From NCBI RefSeq assembly GCF_000737315.1, contig NZ_JMCB01000007.1, positions 186,001 to 250,000 of the forward strand: a DNA stretch of 64,000 nt, written 5' to 3'. Positions within the stretch are counted from its first letter, which is position 1. Every line of letters begins with the position of its first letter. The stretch is from Hyalangium minutum. GTDB taxonomy: Bacteria; Myxococcota; Myxococcia; Myxococcales; Myxococcaceae. Of this stretch, positions 1 through 7,402 are shown piece by piece. The notes under the pieces were generated by a model. The model worked only from the letters and a program-made list of their open reading frames with translations, made no database searches and had not been told where the DNA came from. Position numbers and translations under genes: made by a program.

Positions 1-626
1 TTGTCCCGGGACTCGAAGTCGGCGCGCACGTCCGCGCCCACCGTGAACAGCCCCGCGAGGTAACCGGTGTGGAGCGAGTAGTACCGCGTGAGCTCCACGT
101 TGTGGGTGTCGATGAGGTTGTGCGCGGAGAAGCCCAGCGTGAGGCCATCGGACAGGCGCAGCAGCAGGCCACCATCCACCGTGGAGGCGTTGGTCTGCCG
201 AGGGCCCGTCAGCTTCAGGTAATGCACGGACGTGCCGATGAAGATGCCCGGGGTAATGGGGAGGGCGAAGGCGAGCGTGCTGAAGTGGCCCGTGGTGCGG
301 CCCTCGCCGCTGCGCAGGGAGAGGACGTGGTAGTCCAGCCCGGCGGCCAGGTCGCTCGTCTTGGCGTCCATCAGCGACACGCCGCCGAAGGCGTCCTTGC
401 CCGAGGTGTCCCAGGAGCCGTGCAGCTCCATGCGGTACATCTTCCACAGGGCCATGGCGGCGGGGTTGCCCACCACGGCCTCGGTGCCCAACCCCAGCGC
501 TCGGTAGGCCCCGCCCATGCCGTAGCCCCGGGCGCTGGTAATGTCGCGCAGATCGTCCACGTCGGACTGCGCATACACGGTGGTGGACAGACACAGCGCC
601 AGCAGGACCATCAAGGGGCGAGGCAT
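1..626 (-). CDS. Outer-membrane beta-barrel protein, FadL/PorV (UPF0164)-like, partial (3' end beyond window)
   Basis: Manual translation from ATG at 626: MPRPLMVLLALCLSTTVYAQ (signal peptide) then SARGYGMGGAYRALG...GNPAAMA, the N-terminal motif of FadL/PorV-like barrels, followed by alternating amphipathic strands. Open to the window edge; not in ORF track. Confidence 0.7.
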   Translation of the reverse strand, partial: MPRPLMVLLALCLSTTVYAQSDVDDLRDITSARGYGMGGAYRALGLGTEAVVGNPAAMALWKMYRMELHGSWDTSGKDAFGGVSLMDAKTSDLAAGLDYHVLSLRSGEGRTTGHFSTLAFALPITPGIFIGTSVHYLKLTGPRQTNASTVDGGLLLRLSDGLTLGFSAHNLIDTHNVELTRYYSLHTGYLAGLFTVGADVRADFESRD

Positions 627-685
627 GGGGAGCGCATCCTAACCGCCTTGATGCCGGGGGGGGCCATCACTAGATTCCGCACCCC

Positions 686-1483
686 ATGTCCGCTCGTCCA
701 CACCGGTTGTCGTTCCAGGGTCCCGTGAAGCGGGCCGTCTTTCTGCTCGGGATGCTCACTGCGCTGGCCGCGGGGGCGTATGTGCTGCCAGGAGGCTCCA
801 TCCTGCGCCGCATGGTCGGAGCGCAGGACGAGTCCATGCCCAGCTCGCTGCGCGTAGAGGGCACGTGGGTGTTCTCTGGCTCCGGGGTGAAGGAGGCCGC
901 GGGGGCGCTCCGGGTGCCCTTCGAGCGCTCCGAGCTGATCGCCGACGGCGCCATCCTCATCAAGACGCCGGGGCGCTGCCGCTTCGAGCTGTCCGTGCCG
1001 GAGGGCACCCGGCTGGCTGCTGTCCAGGCGAGCGGGCGCCGGCGTGCGGAGGGCGCGGAGCTCGCGCCGCTGATGGCGGCCCTGAGCCAGCTGTGCCCGG
1101 TGCTGGGCGTGCGCGCCTCGTCGGATCATGATCTCGCGACCCGGGATGCCGTGGAGCAGCACCTGCAGAGCCTGGGCATCGCCACGCGCACCACCTCGCT
1201 GGCGCGCTTCGGCGGCGAGGTGGCCTACGTGCTCGGCGAGCCGGAGGAGGGCAAGCCCCAGTTCTGGATCTACAAGGACGGCTTCCGTCCGGCCCGTGTG
1301 CGGTGGAAGGAGAAGACGGGCCCTGCATGGGACGTTCGCTTCATCGACTACACCTCTCCGGCCACCGGCGAGTGGATGCCGCGCAGCCTCGAGGTGTGGC
1401 GCGATGGCCAGCGCGTGCTGCGCTTCACCGCCATCAAGTCGGACACCCGCGCCGCATTGAACGACAAGCTCTTCGCACCCTGA
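686..1483 (+). CDS. Conserved hypothetical exported protein, possible LolA/LppX-like fold
   Basis: 265-aa ORF with GC3-rich codons, N-terminal hydrophobic segment (AVFLLGMLTALAAGAYVL) and beta-rich C-terminal part. Fold is inference. Confidence 0.6.
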   Translation: MSARPHRLSFQGPVKRAVFLLGMLTALAAGAYVLPGGSILRRMVGAQDESMPSSLRVEGTWVFSGSGVKEAAGALRVPFERSELIADGAILIKTPGRCRFELSVPEGTRLAAVQASGRRRAEGAELAPLMAALSQLCPVLGVRASSDHDLATRDAVEQHLQSLGIATRTTSLARFGGEVAYVLGEPEEGKPQFWIYKDGFRPARVRWKEKTGPAWDVRFIDYTSPATGEWMPRSLEVWRDGQRVLRFTAIKSDTRAALNDKLFAP

Positions 1484-1648
1484 GCGCTTTTCAAAACTGC
1501 AATGCGGAGCACGGGCGGAAATGCCGCCCAAAATGACCGCTAATTGCCCTCTGGGCAGGCAAGTGGAGCGCAGCCCGAGCCGTGGTAGGCCAGCGGAATT
1601 CATCGGCTCTTCGCGGGATGACGCAGTGCGCAGAAACTTTTCGGTAGC

Positions 1649-1708
1649 TCCCTGGACAATGGCAGACAGAGCCGACGCCCCTGGCCGGAGTTCGGGCGTC
1701 CCCAGGGA
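1649..1708 (+). promoter_or_regulatory. Predicted 5'-UTR hairpin covering the ribosome-binding site of the lysozyme gene
   Basis: tccctgg (1649-1655) pairs with ccaggga (1702-1708); gacgccc (1674-1680) pairs with gggcgtc (1694-1700). AGGGA lies 7 nt upstream of ATG 1716. Confidence 0.45.
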
Positions 1709-1715
1709 CACGACC

Positions 1716-2435
1716 ATGCCCAAGCCCACTGCTCGCACCGCAGCCCCCCACGCGTTTCAGCTGAGGGAGGCCGCTGCTTCGGCGCTGAACCCGAACGCCC
1801 TCTTGCTGAAGTTCCTGCCCACGGGTGCGTCGGCGGCCACGGCGCGCCAGGACAGGCTGTCGGCGGGCATCGGCGCCTCGCACCGCATGGCGCTGGGGGA
1901 TCTGCCCCGGCTGCGGCGCTTCCAGATTGCCTTCGAGACCGTGGCGGTGAAGTACGGTTTGCCCCCGGCGCTCCTGGCCGCCATCGCCAGCCGCGAGTCT
2001 CGCGCGGGCGGGATGCTGGACGTGAACGGGCTGGGCCACGGTGGGGACTGCTTCGGGCTGATGCAACTCGACTCCCGCTACCACCCTCCGCGCGGCGGCC
2101 CCTACAGCCCCGAGCACATCGACCAAGCTGCGCGCGTGCTGGAGCGGCTGCTCGAGGAAGTGAAGGCGAAGCACCCGGGCTGGCCGCCGGAGCAGCAGCT
2201 GCGCGGCGCGGTGGCCGCCTATGACGCCGGTGTGGAGCTTGTTCGGACCATCAAGGACATGGACCGCGGCACCACCGGGGATGACTACTCCAACGATGTG
2301 TGGGCGCGGGCGCAGGCGCTGGCGCCGGCCTTCGGTGGCACGGAGGGTCCGGTCACTGGCACGGGCCCCATCAGCGGCACGTTCCGGAGCCTGCGGGACC
2401 AGCTCAGCGTCCCGGGTGGCCGCCCGGTGTCCTGA
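1716..2435 (+). CDS. Goose-type (GH23) lysozyme-like peptidoglycan hydrolase
   Basis: Motifs LLAAIASRESRAG (catalytic Glu), GDCFGLMQLD, GAVAAYDAG and DYSNDVWARAQ match g-type lysozymes. Start moved from 1521 to ATG 1716, which has an SD-like AGGGA. Confidence 0.85.
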   Translation: MPKPTARTAAPHAFQLREAAASALNPNALLLKFLPTGASAATARQDRLSAGIGASHRMALGDLPRLRRFQIAFETVAVKYGLPPALLAAIASRESRAGGMLDVNGLGHGGDCFGLMQLDSRYHPPRGGPYSPEHIDQAARVLERLLEEVKAKHPGWPPEQQLRGAVAAYDAGVELVRTIKDMDRGTTGDDYSNDVWARAQALAPAFGGTEGPVTGTGPISGTFRSLRDQLSVPGGRPVS

Positions 2436-2474
2436 AAGTAGCTGTGAGTGGGTAAGCCCTCGTATTCTGGGGGC

Positions 2475-4964
2475 ATGTTCGATTACGAGCGAACGGAACT
2501 CTGGAAGCGGACGCTGGGGGAGCGGAGTGGGGATGCGGCGCAAGCGGCCCGTGCCCATCTCCGTGAGCAGCTGCGCAAGGCTTGGCAGCGGGCGGGGCAG
2601 CTCGCGGAGCAGATCCGAAGTGCCTACCCCGCATTGAAGGGCCAAGGTGGCAGCCGCTTCGATGCCCTCTGGGAGCGGGTGGATCTGCTGTTGGGCCCGG
2701 AGTACCCGCTCAACGCCGCCGAGGCCTTCGTGCTGGGCGGAGCGCTCATCATCTATGACTTGGGAGTGGGGCTCGCGGGCTTGCCGGGAGGCGAGGCGGA
2801 GCTGCGCAAGACCCAGGAGTGGAAGGACTCGCTGGCTACGAGCATCCGCCGCGAGACGGACCGGGCCCCGACGCCCAACGAGATGGCGTACCCCACGGAC
2901 GAGTACGTGCAGCTCGCCACGGAGGAAGCGCTCCACCTGCTCGCCGTCAAGCACGCGCGGAAGCTGGGGCTGTTGCAGGGGAAGGGGCCGCAGGGTGAGG
3001 AACTGCAGCTCATAGAGGATGCGGGGCTGCGCCAGCAGTTCGGAGAGATCCTCGGGGAGCTGGCGTACAGCCACGACTGGGATGTGGCCGAGGTGGGGCG
3101 GGTGTTCTCGGCGCGGAGGCTCGAGGCACCGGCGCCGTCTCCGGCGGACTGGACGGTGGACACGCTGAAGGTGGCCGCGGCGCTGCGGGCGGCGGACACG
3201 CTGCTGGTGGAGGAGCGCCGCCGCAAGCTGAGCCGGCCGACGCTCGTGCATGATCGCCTCCTCTATACGGCGGGCGAGCCCTTCGCGCGGGGCGAGGCGG
3301 AGATGTTCTGGGCCTGCTTCGAGGCGCTGCGGAAGATCGACCGCGACTTGCACGACGTGGACGTGTTGCTCGCCTCGAGCGGGCGGCCGCGCTTCCTGGC
3401 GCGGGGCGTGGTGGACGCGGACGATGCGACGCGGCTGGCCACCCACGTGCGGACGCAGGGGTGGATGCCGGTGGACGCGCGCGTGCACGTGTCCGACGTG
3501 CCGAGCCTCATCGCGCAGATCGGCGGAGCGCAGCTGTACCGGAAGGACCCGTCGGTGCCGTTGCGCGAGCTCATCCAGAACGCGGCGGATGCCATCCGGG
3601 CGCGGCGGTCGCTGGAGGGGCTGAAGTCCGATTGGGGCTCCATCACCGTGCGCGTGGGCCGGGACTCGAACGGGCGCTGGATCGAGGTGGCGGACACGGG
3701 CATTGGCATGGCGGAGCGGGTGCTGACGCGGCACCTGCTGGACTTCGGGACGAGCTACTGGATGACCGAGGACATGCGCCGGGACTACCCGGGGCTGGCG
3801 GCCAGCGGCTTCGTGCCTGCGGGCCGGTTCGGCATCGGCTTCTTCTCGGTGTTCATGTGGGGCGAGCGCCTGCGGGTCATCTCGCGGCCGTTCCAGCAGC
3901 AGGCCACGCACGTGCTGGAGTTCGACAACGGGCTGGGCGCGCACCCCATCCTGCGGCCCGCGGATTCGGAGGAGGTGCTGTCGGAAGGCGGCACCCAGGT
4001 GCGCGTGTGGCTGTCGCGCGAGCGGGACTGGGAGCAGATGCTGCTGGACCGGAGCGATCAGTGGGACCACTGGTCCGAGTCCGAGGAGCGCATCTCGTTC
4101 GCCGAGCTGCTGGGGCGCATCGCTCCCACGCTGGACGTGACGTTGAAGCTGGAGGAGCGGCCCGGCCAGGTGCAGACGGTCATCGAGGCCAACGACTGGC
4201 GGACGCTCGAGGCCACGCGGCTGCTGCGGCGGATTGGGAACACGGCGCGGGGCGTGAACACGGCGCTGATGGAGTTCCTGGCGCCCATGGTGCGGCCGGT
4301 GCTGGATGCGAACGGGCAGTGCATCGGGCGTATCTGCATTGCTTCGGGGGCGATGCAGCGGTGGGCGGGGCTGTCGGTGATCACGGCGGGCGGACTGCGG
4401 GCGCGGTACTCGCGCGAGTTCACGGGGACGCTGCTGGGGTCCACGGACGTGGCCACGCGCGATGACGCGGAGCCGCTGGCGCTGCGCGAGGACCTGGCAC
4501 GCTGGGCCACGGAGCAGGCCCGGCTGTGGGAGCGCTACCAGCTGAGCTTCGAGGGCTACGAGCTGCACAAGCGCCTGGACATTGGGCTGGCGGTGCTCTC
4601 GTGCGGAGGCGAGCCGGGAGGGCTGCCCATCGGCTACCGCGGAGGGACGCCCATCACGTTGGCGATGCTGCAGGAGTTCGTGGGCGAGCGGGACGAGGTG
4701 ACGCTGGTGGATGGCTCGGAGCGGCCGGTGCGGAAGTTCCCAGAGCTGATCGTCATCCCGTGCCACGAGGCGGGGCACACGGCGGCGGGGCGGCTGCTGG
4801 TGCACTTGCCCGCGCTGATGGGCGTGTACATCGCCCGGGCCTGGGGCGTGACGGTGCAGGACGTGGTGGCGAATGTGGAGGTGTCCGAGAAGGAGTGGAC
4901 GCCCACGGACGGACGCAAGCGCCGGACCTGGATCTTCCACCGTCCGAAGGTCCGCCTGCACTGA
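2475..4964 (+). CDS. HD-CE-like domain fused to GHKL (Hsp90-like) ATPase
   Basis: GHKL motifs LRELIQNAADA, VADTGIGM and AGRFGIGFFSVFM. N-terminal DALW...EAFVLGGALIIYDLG resembles HD-CE domains. Start set at ATG 2475. Confidence 0.8.
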   Translation: MFDYERTELWKRTLGERSGDAAQAARAHLREQLRKAWQRAGQLAEQIRSAYPALKGQGGSRFDALWERVDLLLGPEYPLNAAEAFVLGGALIIYDLGVGLAGLPGGEAELRKTQEWKDSLATSIRRETDRAPTPNEMAYPTDEYVQLATEEALHLLAVKHARKLGLLQGKGPQGEELQLIEDAGLRQQFGEILGELAYSHDWDVAEVGRVFSARRLEAPAPSPADWTVDTLKVAAALRAADTLLVEERRRKLSRPTLVHDRLLYTAGEPFARGEAEMFWACFEALRKIDRDLHDVDVLLASSGRPRFLARGVVDADDATRLATHVRTQGWMPVDARVHVSDVPSLIAQIGGAQLYRKDPSVPLRELIQNAADAIRARRSLEGLKSDWGSITVRVGRDSNGRWIEVADTGIGMAERVLTRHLLDFGTSYWMTEDMRRDYPGLAASGFVPAGRFGIGFFSVFMWGERLRVISRPFQQQATHVLEFDNGLGAHPILRPADSEEVLSEGGTQVRVWLSRERDWEQMLLDRSDQWDHWSESEERISFAELLGRIAPTLDVTLKLEERPGQVQTVIEANDWRTLEATRLLRRIGNTARGVNTALMEFLAPMVRPVLDANGQCIGRICIASGAMQRWAGLSVITAGGLRARYSREFTGTLLGSTDVATRDDAEPLALREDLARWATEQARLWERYQLSFEGYELHKRLDIGLAVLSCGGEPGGLPIGYRGGTPITLAMLQEFVGERDEVTLVDGSERPVRKFPELIVIPCHEAGHTAAGRLLVHLPALMGVYIARAWGVTVQDVVANVEVSEKEWTPTDGRKRRTWIFHRPKVRLH

Positions 4965-5005
4965 GCAGGACGCCTCGGGCCACTCCAAGCGTTCTAGCGA
5001 ATGTC

Positions 5006-7387
5006 ATGGAGCAATCCGCTCTCTTTGGTCATGAGGATCCGAGGCTGCCGTCCACTTCGAGTGGGCCGCAGGATCACACCGACGGTTGCAGGACCTCCCG
5101 AGACATGGTCGTGTCGGATCACTCCGGTACTGTGGATCTCGTGAGCTCGCCTGCTGCCCTTGCTTCCGTCGCTGTTGGCCGCCCCGTCCGGGGCGAGTTC
5201 ACCTACGTCGTCCCGGACACCCTTTCGGGGCGCCTGTCCCCCGGTCAGCGCGTGCTGGTGCCCTTCGGGCGCGGCACGGCGCTGGGCTTCTTCCTCGGGC
5301 CTGCTTCCCAGCCTGCCGAGGAGGGAATCAAGCTCAAGCCCATCCAGCGCGTCTTGGAGGAGTCTCCCTCCCTCCCTCCGGACTTGATTGCCCTGCTGCG
5401 CTTCGCCGCCGAGCACTACCGCTACCCGCTCGGAGAGGTGATTCGCGGCGCGCTGCCCCCGGGCCTCTCCAAGGCCGAGGATGAGAAGGAGGCCCGGCCG
5501 GACGTGCAGCACTTCGCGGTGGCGGCCGTCACCGAGACTCCGCCCGAGCTGCGCCGCGCCCCTGCCCAGTCCGCCGCGCTGGCGTACCTGCTGGCCGTGG
5601 GAGGCCGCGCGCCTGTGGAGGAGGTGGCCCACTCCATCCCCGGCGGCCGGGAGACGCTCAAGAAGCTGGCCTCGCGCGGGCTGGTGCGCCTGGAGGAGCA
5701 GGTGCTCAAGCCGGGCGTGCGCGAGGGCCTCGCCCAGGGCCGCCCGGACCTGCTCACCCCCGAGCAGGACCTCGCGGTGAAGGCCCTGCACTACTCGCTC
5801 GACATGGGCGGCTTCCAGACGGTGCTCCTGCACGGCGTCACCGGCAGCGGCAAGACGGAAGTCTATCTGCGCGCGGTGGAGCACGCGCTCGCCCAGGGCA
5901 AGGGCAGCCTCGTGCTGGTGCCCGAGATTGCGCTCACGCCGCAGTTGGTGGGCCGGTTCCGCAGCCGGTTCGGCTCGGATGTGGCCGTGCTGCACTCGGG
6001 CCTCAAGGACCGCGAGCGTCTCTTTCACTGGCAGGCCCTGCGCAAGGGCACGGTGCGCATCGCTGTCGGGGTGCGCTCGGCCATCTGGGCCCCCGTGGAG
6101 AACCTGGGCCTCGTCGTCGTGGACGAGGAGCATGACCCCTCCTTCAAGCAGGAGGACAAGCTCCGCTACAACGCCCGTGACATGGCGGTGATGCGCGGCA
6201 AGCAGGCCGGGGCCCTGGTGGTGCTCGGCTCGGCTACGCCCTCGCTGGAGTCCCTGGAGAACGTCCGCCGCGGCCGCTACCGCCTGCTGGAGATGAAGCA
6301 CCGCGTGGACGACCGGCCCATGCCCACCATCGAGCTGGTGGACCTGCGCATCGAGCGTCCTCGCGACGGCGGCCCTGTCACGGAGGAGGCGCCCATCCTC
6401 TCCCAGCCGCTGCTCGACGCGATGCAGCAGACGCTGGACCGGGGCCAGCAGACCATCCTCTTCCTCAATCGCCGCGGCCACAGCACCTTCCTGCTGTGCG
6501 AGGTGTGCGGGCTGACGCTCAAGTGCTCCGAGTGCGACGTGTGCCTCACGCTGCACCGCGCGGCCTCGCGCGTCATGTGCCACTACTGCGGCCTGGCCAC
6601 CCCCGTGCCCGACCGCTGCCGCGAGTGCACCGGACCCATGCTCAGGCTCGGCATCGGCACCGAGCGTGTGGAGACCGAGGTGGCCGAGCGCTTTCCCCAG
6701 GCCCGCGTCGCCCGGCTGGACCGGGATGCCGCCACCAGCGGCGAGCGCGTCACCGAGCTGCTGGCCGCCTTCGCCCGGCGGGAGATCGACATCCTCGTGG
6801 GCACGCAGATGGTGGCCAAGGGTCATGACTTCCCGGGCGTCACCCTGGTGTGCGTCGTCATGGCGGACACCTCGCTGGCCATCCCGGACTTCCGCGCCGC
6901 CGAGCGCACCTTCCACCTGCTCACCCAGGTGTCCGGCCGGGCCGGACGCGGCAAGGACCCAGGCCGGGTGCTGGTCCAGACGTACAACCCGGACTCCGAG
7001 CCTGTGAAGCGGGTGCTGGCCCATGACTTCGAGGGCTTCGCCCAGCAGGAGATGGAGTGGCGCCAGGCCCTGGCCTATCCCCCCTTCGCTCGCATGGCGG
7101 CCGTCCGCATCGAGGGCGAGCACCCAGAGCAGACCGCCGGTGTCGCCCGCATGCTTGGAGATTTCCTCTCTCGGCGGATGCCACCCCCCTCCGCCGGGGT
7201 GCGCATGCTGGGGCCGGCCCTGGCTCCCATCTCCCGGCTCCGAGGGCGGACGCGGTGGCAGCTCCTCCTCAAAGGGCCGACCCATGTAGCACTGTCCCCG
7301 CTGCTTGCCCGCCTGGAGGCGAAGCTGGAGGACATTCCTGCCGGAGTGAAGGTGACGATCGACGTGGATCCCGGGGCCATGCTGTAG
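5006..7387 (+). CDS. priA: Primosomal protein N' (replication restart helicase)
   Basis: Walker A GVTGSGKT, DEEH box, two CxxC zinc clusters (CEVC/CSEC/CHYC/CREC), LVGTQMVAKGHDFP, QVSGRAGR. Start uncertain (5006 or 5105). Confidence 0.95.
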   Translation: MEQSALFGHEDPRLPSTSSGPQDHTDGCRTSRDMVVSDHSGTVDLVSSPAALASVAVGRPVRGEFTYVVPDTLSGRLSPGQRVLVPFGRGTALGFFLGPASQPAEEGIKLKPIQRVLEESPSLPPDLIALLRFAAEHYRYPLGEVIRGALPPGLSKAEDEKEARPDVQHFAVAAVTETPPELRRAPAQSAALAYLLAVGGRAPVEEVAHSIPGGRETLKKLASRGLVRLEEQVLKPGVREGLAQGRPDLLTPEQDLAVKALHYSLDMGGFQTVLLHGVTGSGKTEVYLRAVEHALAQGKGSLVLVPEIALTPQLVGRFRSRFGSDVAVLHSGLKDRERLFHWQALRKGTVRIAVGVRSAIWAPVENLGLVVVDEEHDPSFKQEDKLRYNARDMAVMRGKQAGALVVLGSATPSLESLENVRRGRYRLLEMKHRVDDRPMPTIELVDLRIERPRDGGPVTEEAPILSQPLLDAMQQTLDRGQQTILFLNRRGHSTFLLCEVCGLTLKCSECDVCLTLHRAASRVMCHYCGLATPVPDRCRECTGPMLRLGIGTERVETEVAERFPQARVARLDRDAATSGERVTELLAAFARREIDILVGTQMVAKGHDFPGVTLVCVVMADTSLAIPDFRAAERTFHLLTQVSGRAGRGKDPGRVLVQTYNPDSEPVKRVLAHDFEGFAQQEMEWRQALAYPPFARMAAVRIEGEHPEQTAGVARMLGDFLSRRMPPPSAGVRMLGPALAPISRLRGRTRWQLLLKGPTHVALSPLLARLEAKLEDIPAGVKVTIDVDPGAML

Positions 7388-7402
7388 ACTCGGGCGGCTT
7401 CC

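Noticed and set aside
656-663. G8 tract in a divergent promoter (also G7 at 34394-34400 and 35280-35286) as phase-variation sites
   Set aside because: Runs of 7-8 G are expected by chance at about 70% GC; no evidence of length variation from one sequence.
1505-1560. Resemblance to a c-di-GMP-I/cGAMP (GEMM) riboswitch (GAAA loop, CAAAA, CTAA)
   Set aside because: Lacks the GCAAAC/GxCGCAAAG core and correct P1/P3 arrangement; only an Infernal scan could rescue it.
2475-4964. G-ending codon excess as evidence of horizontal transfer
   Set aside because: The same bias occurs in core plus-strand genes (gatA, gatB, obgE), consistent with strand skew; no flanking repeats, integrase or tRNA seen.
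1491-4988. 1165-aa minus-strand ORF
   Set aside because: Antisense shadow of the lysozyme and GHKL genes; Arg/Pro/His-rich with no motifs, typical of high-GC codon bias.
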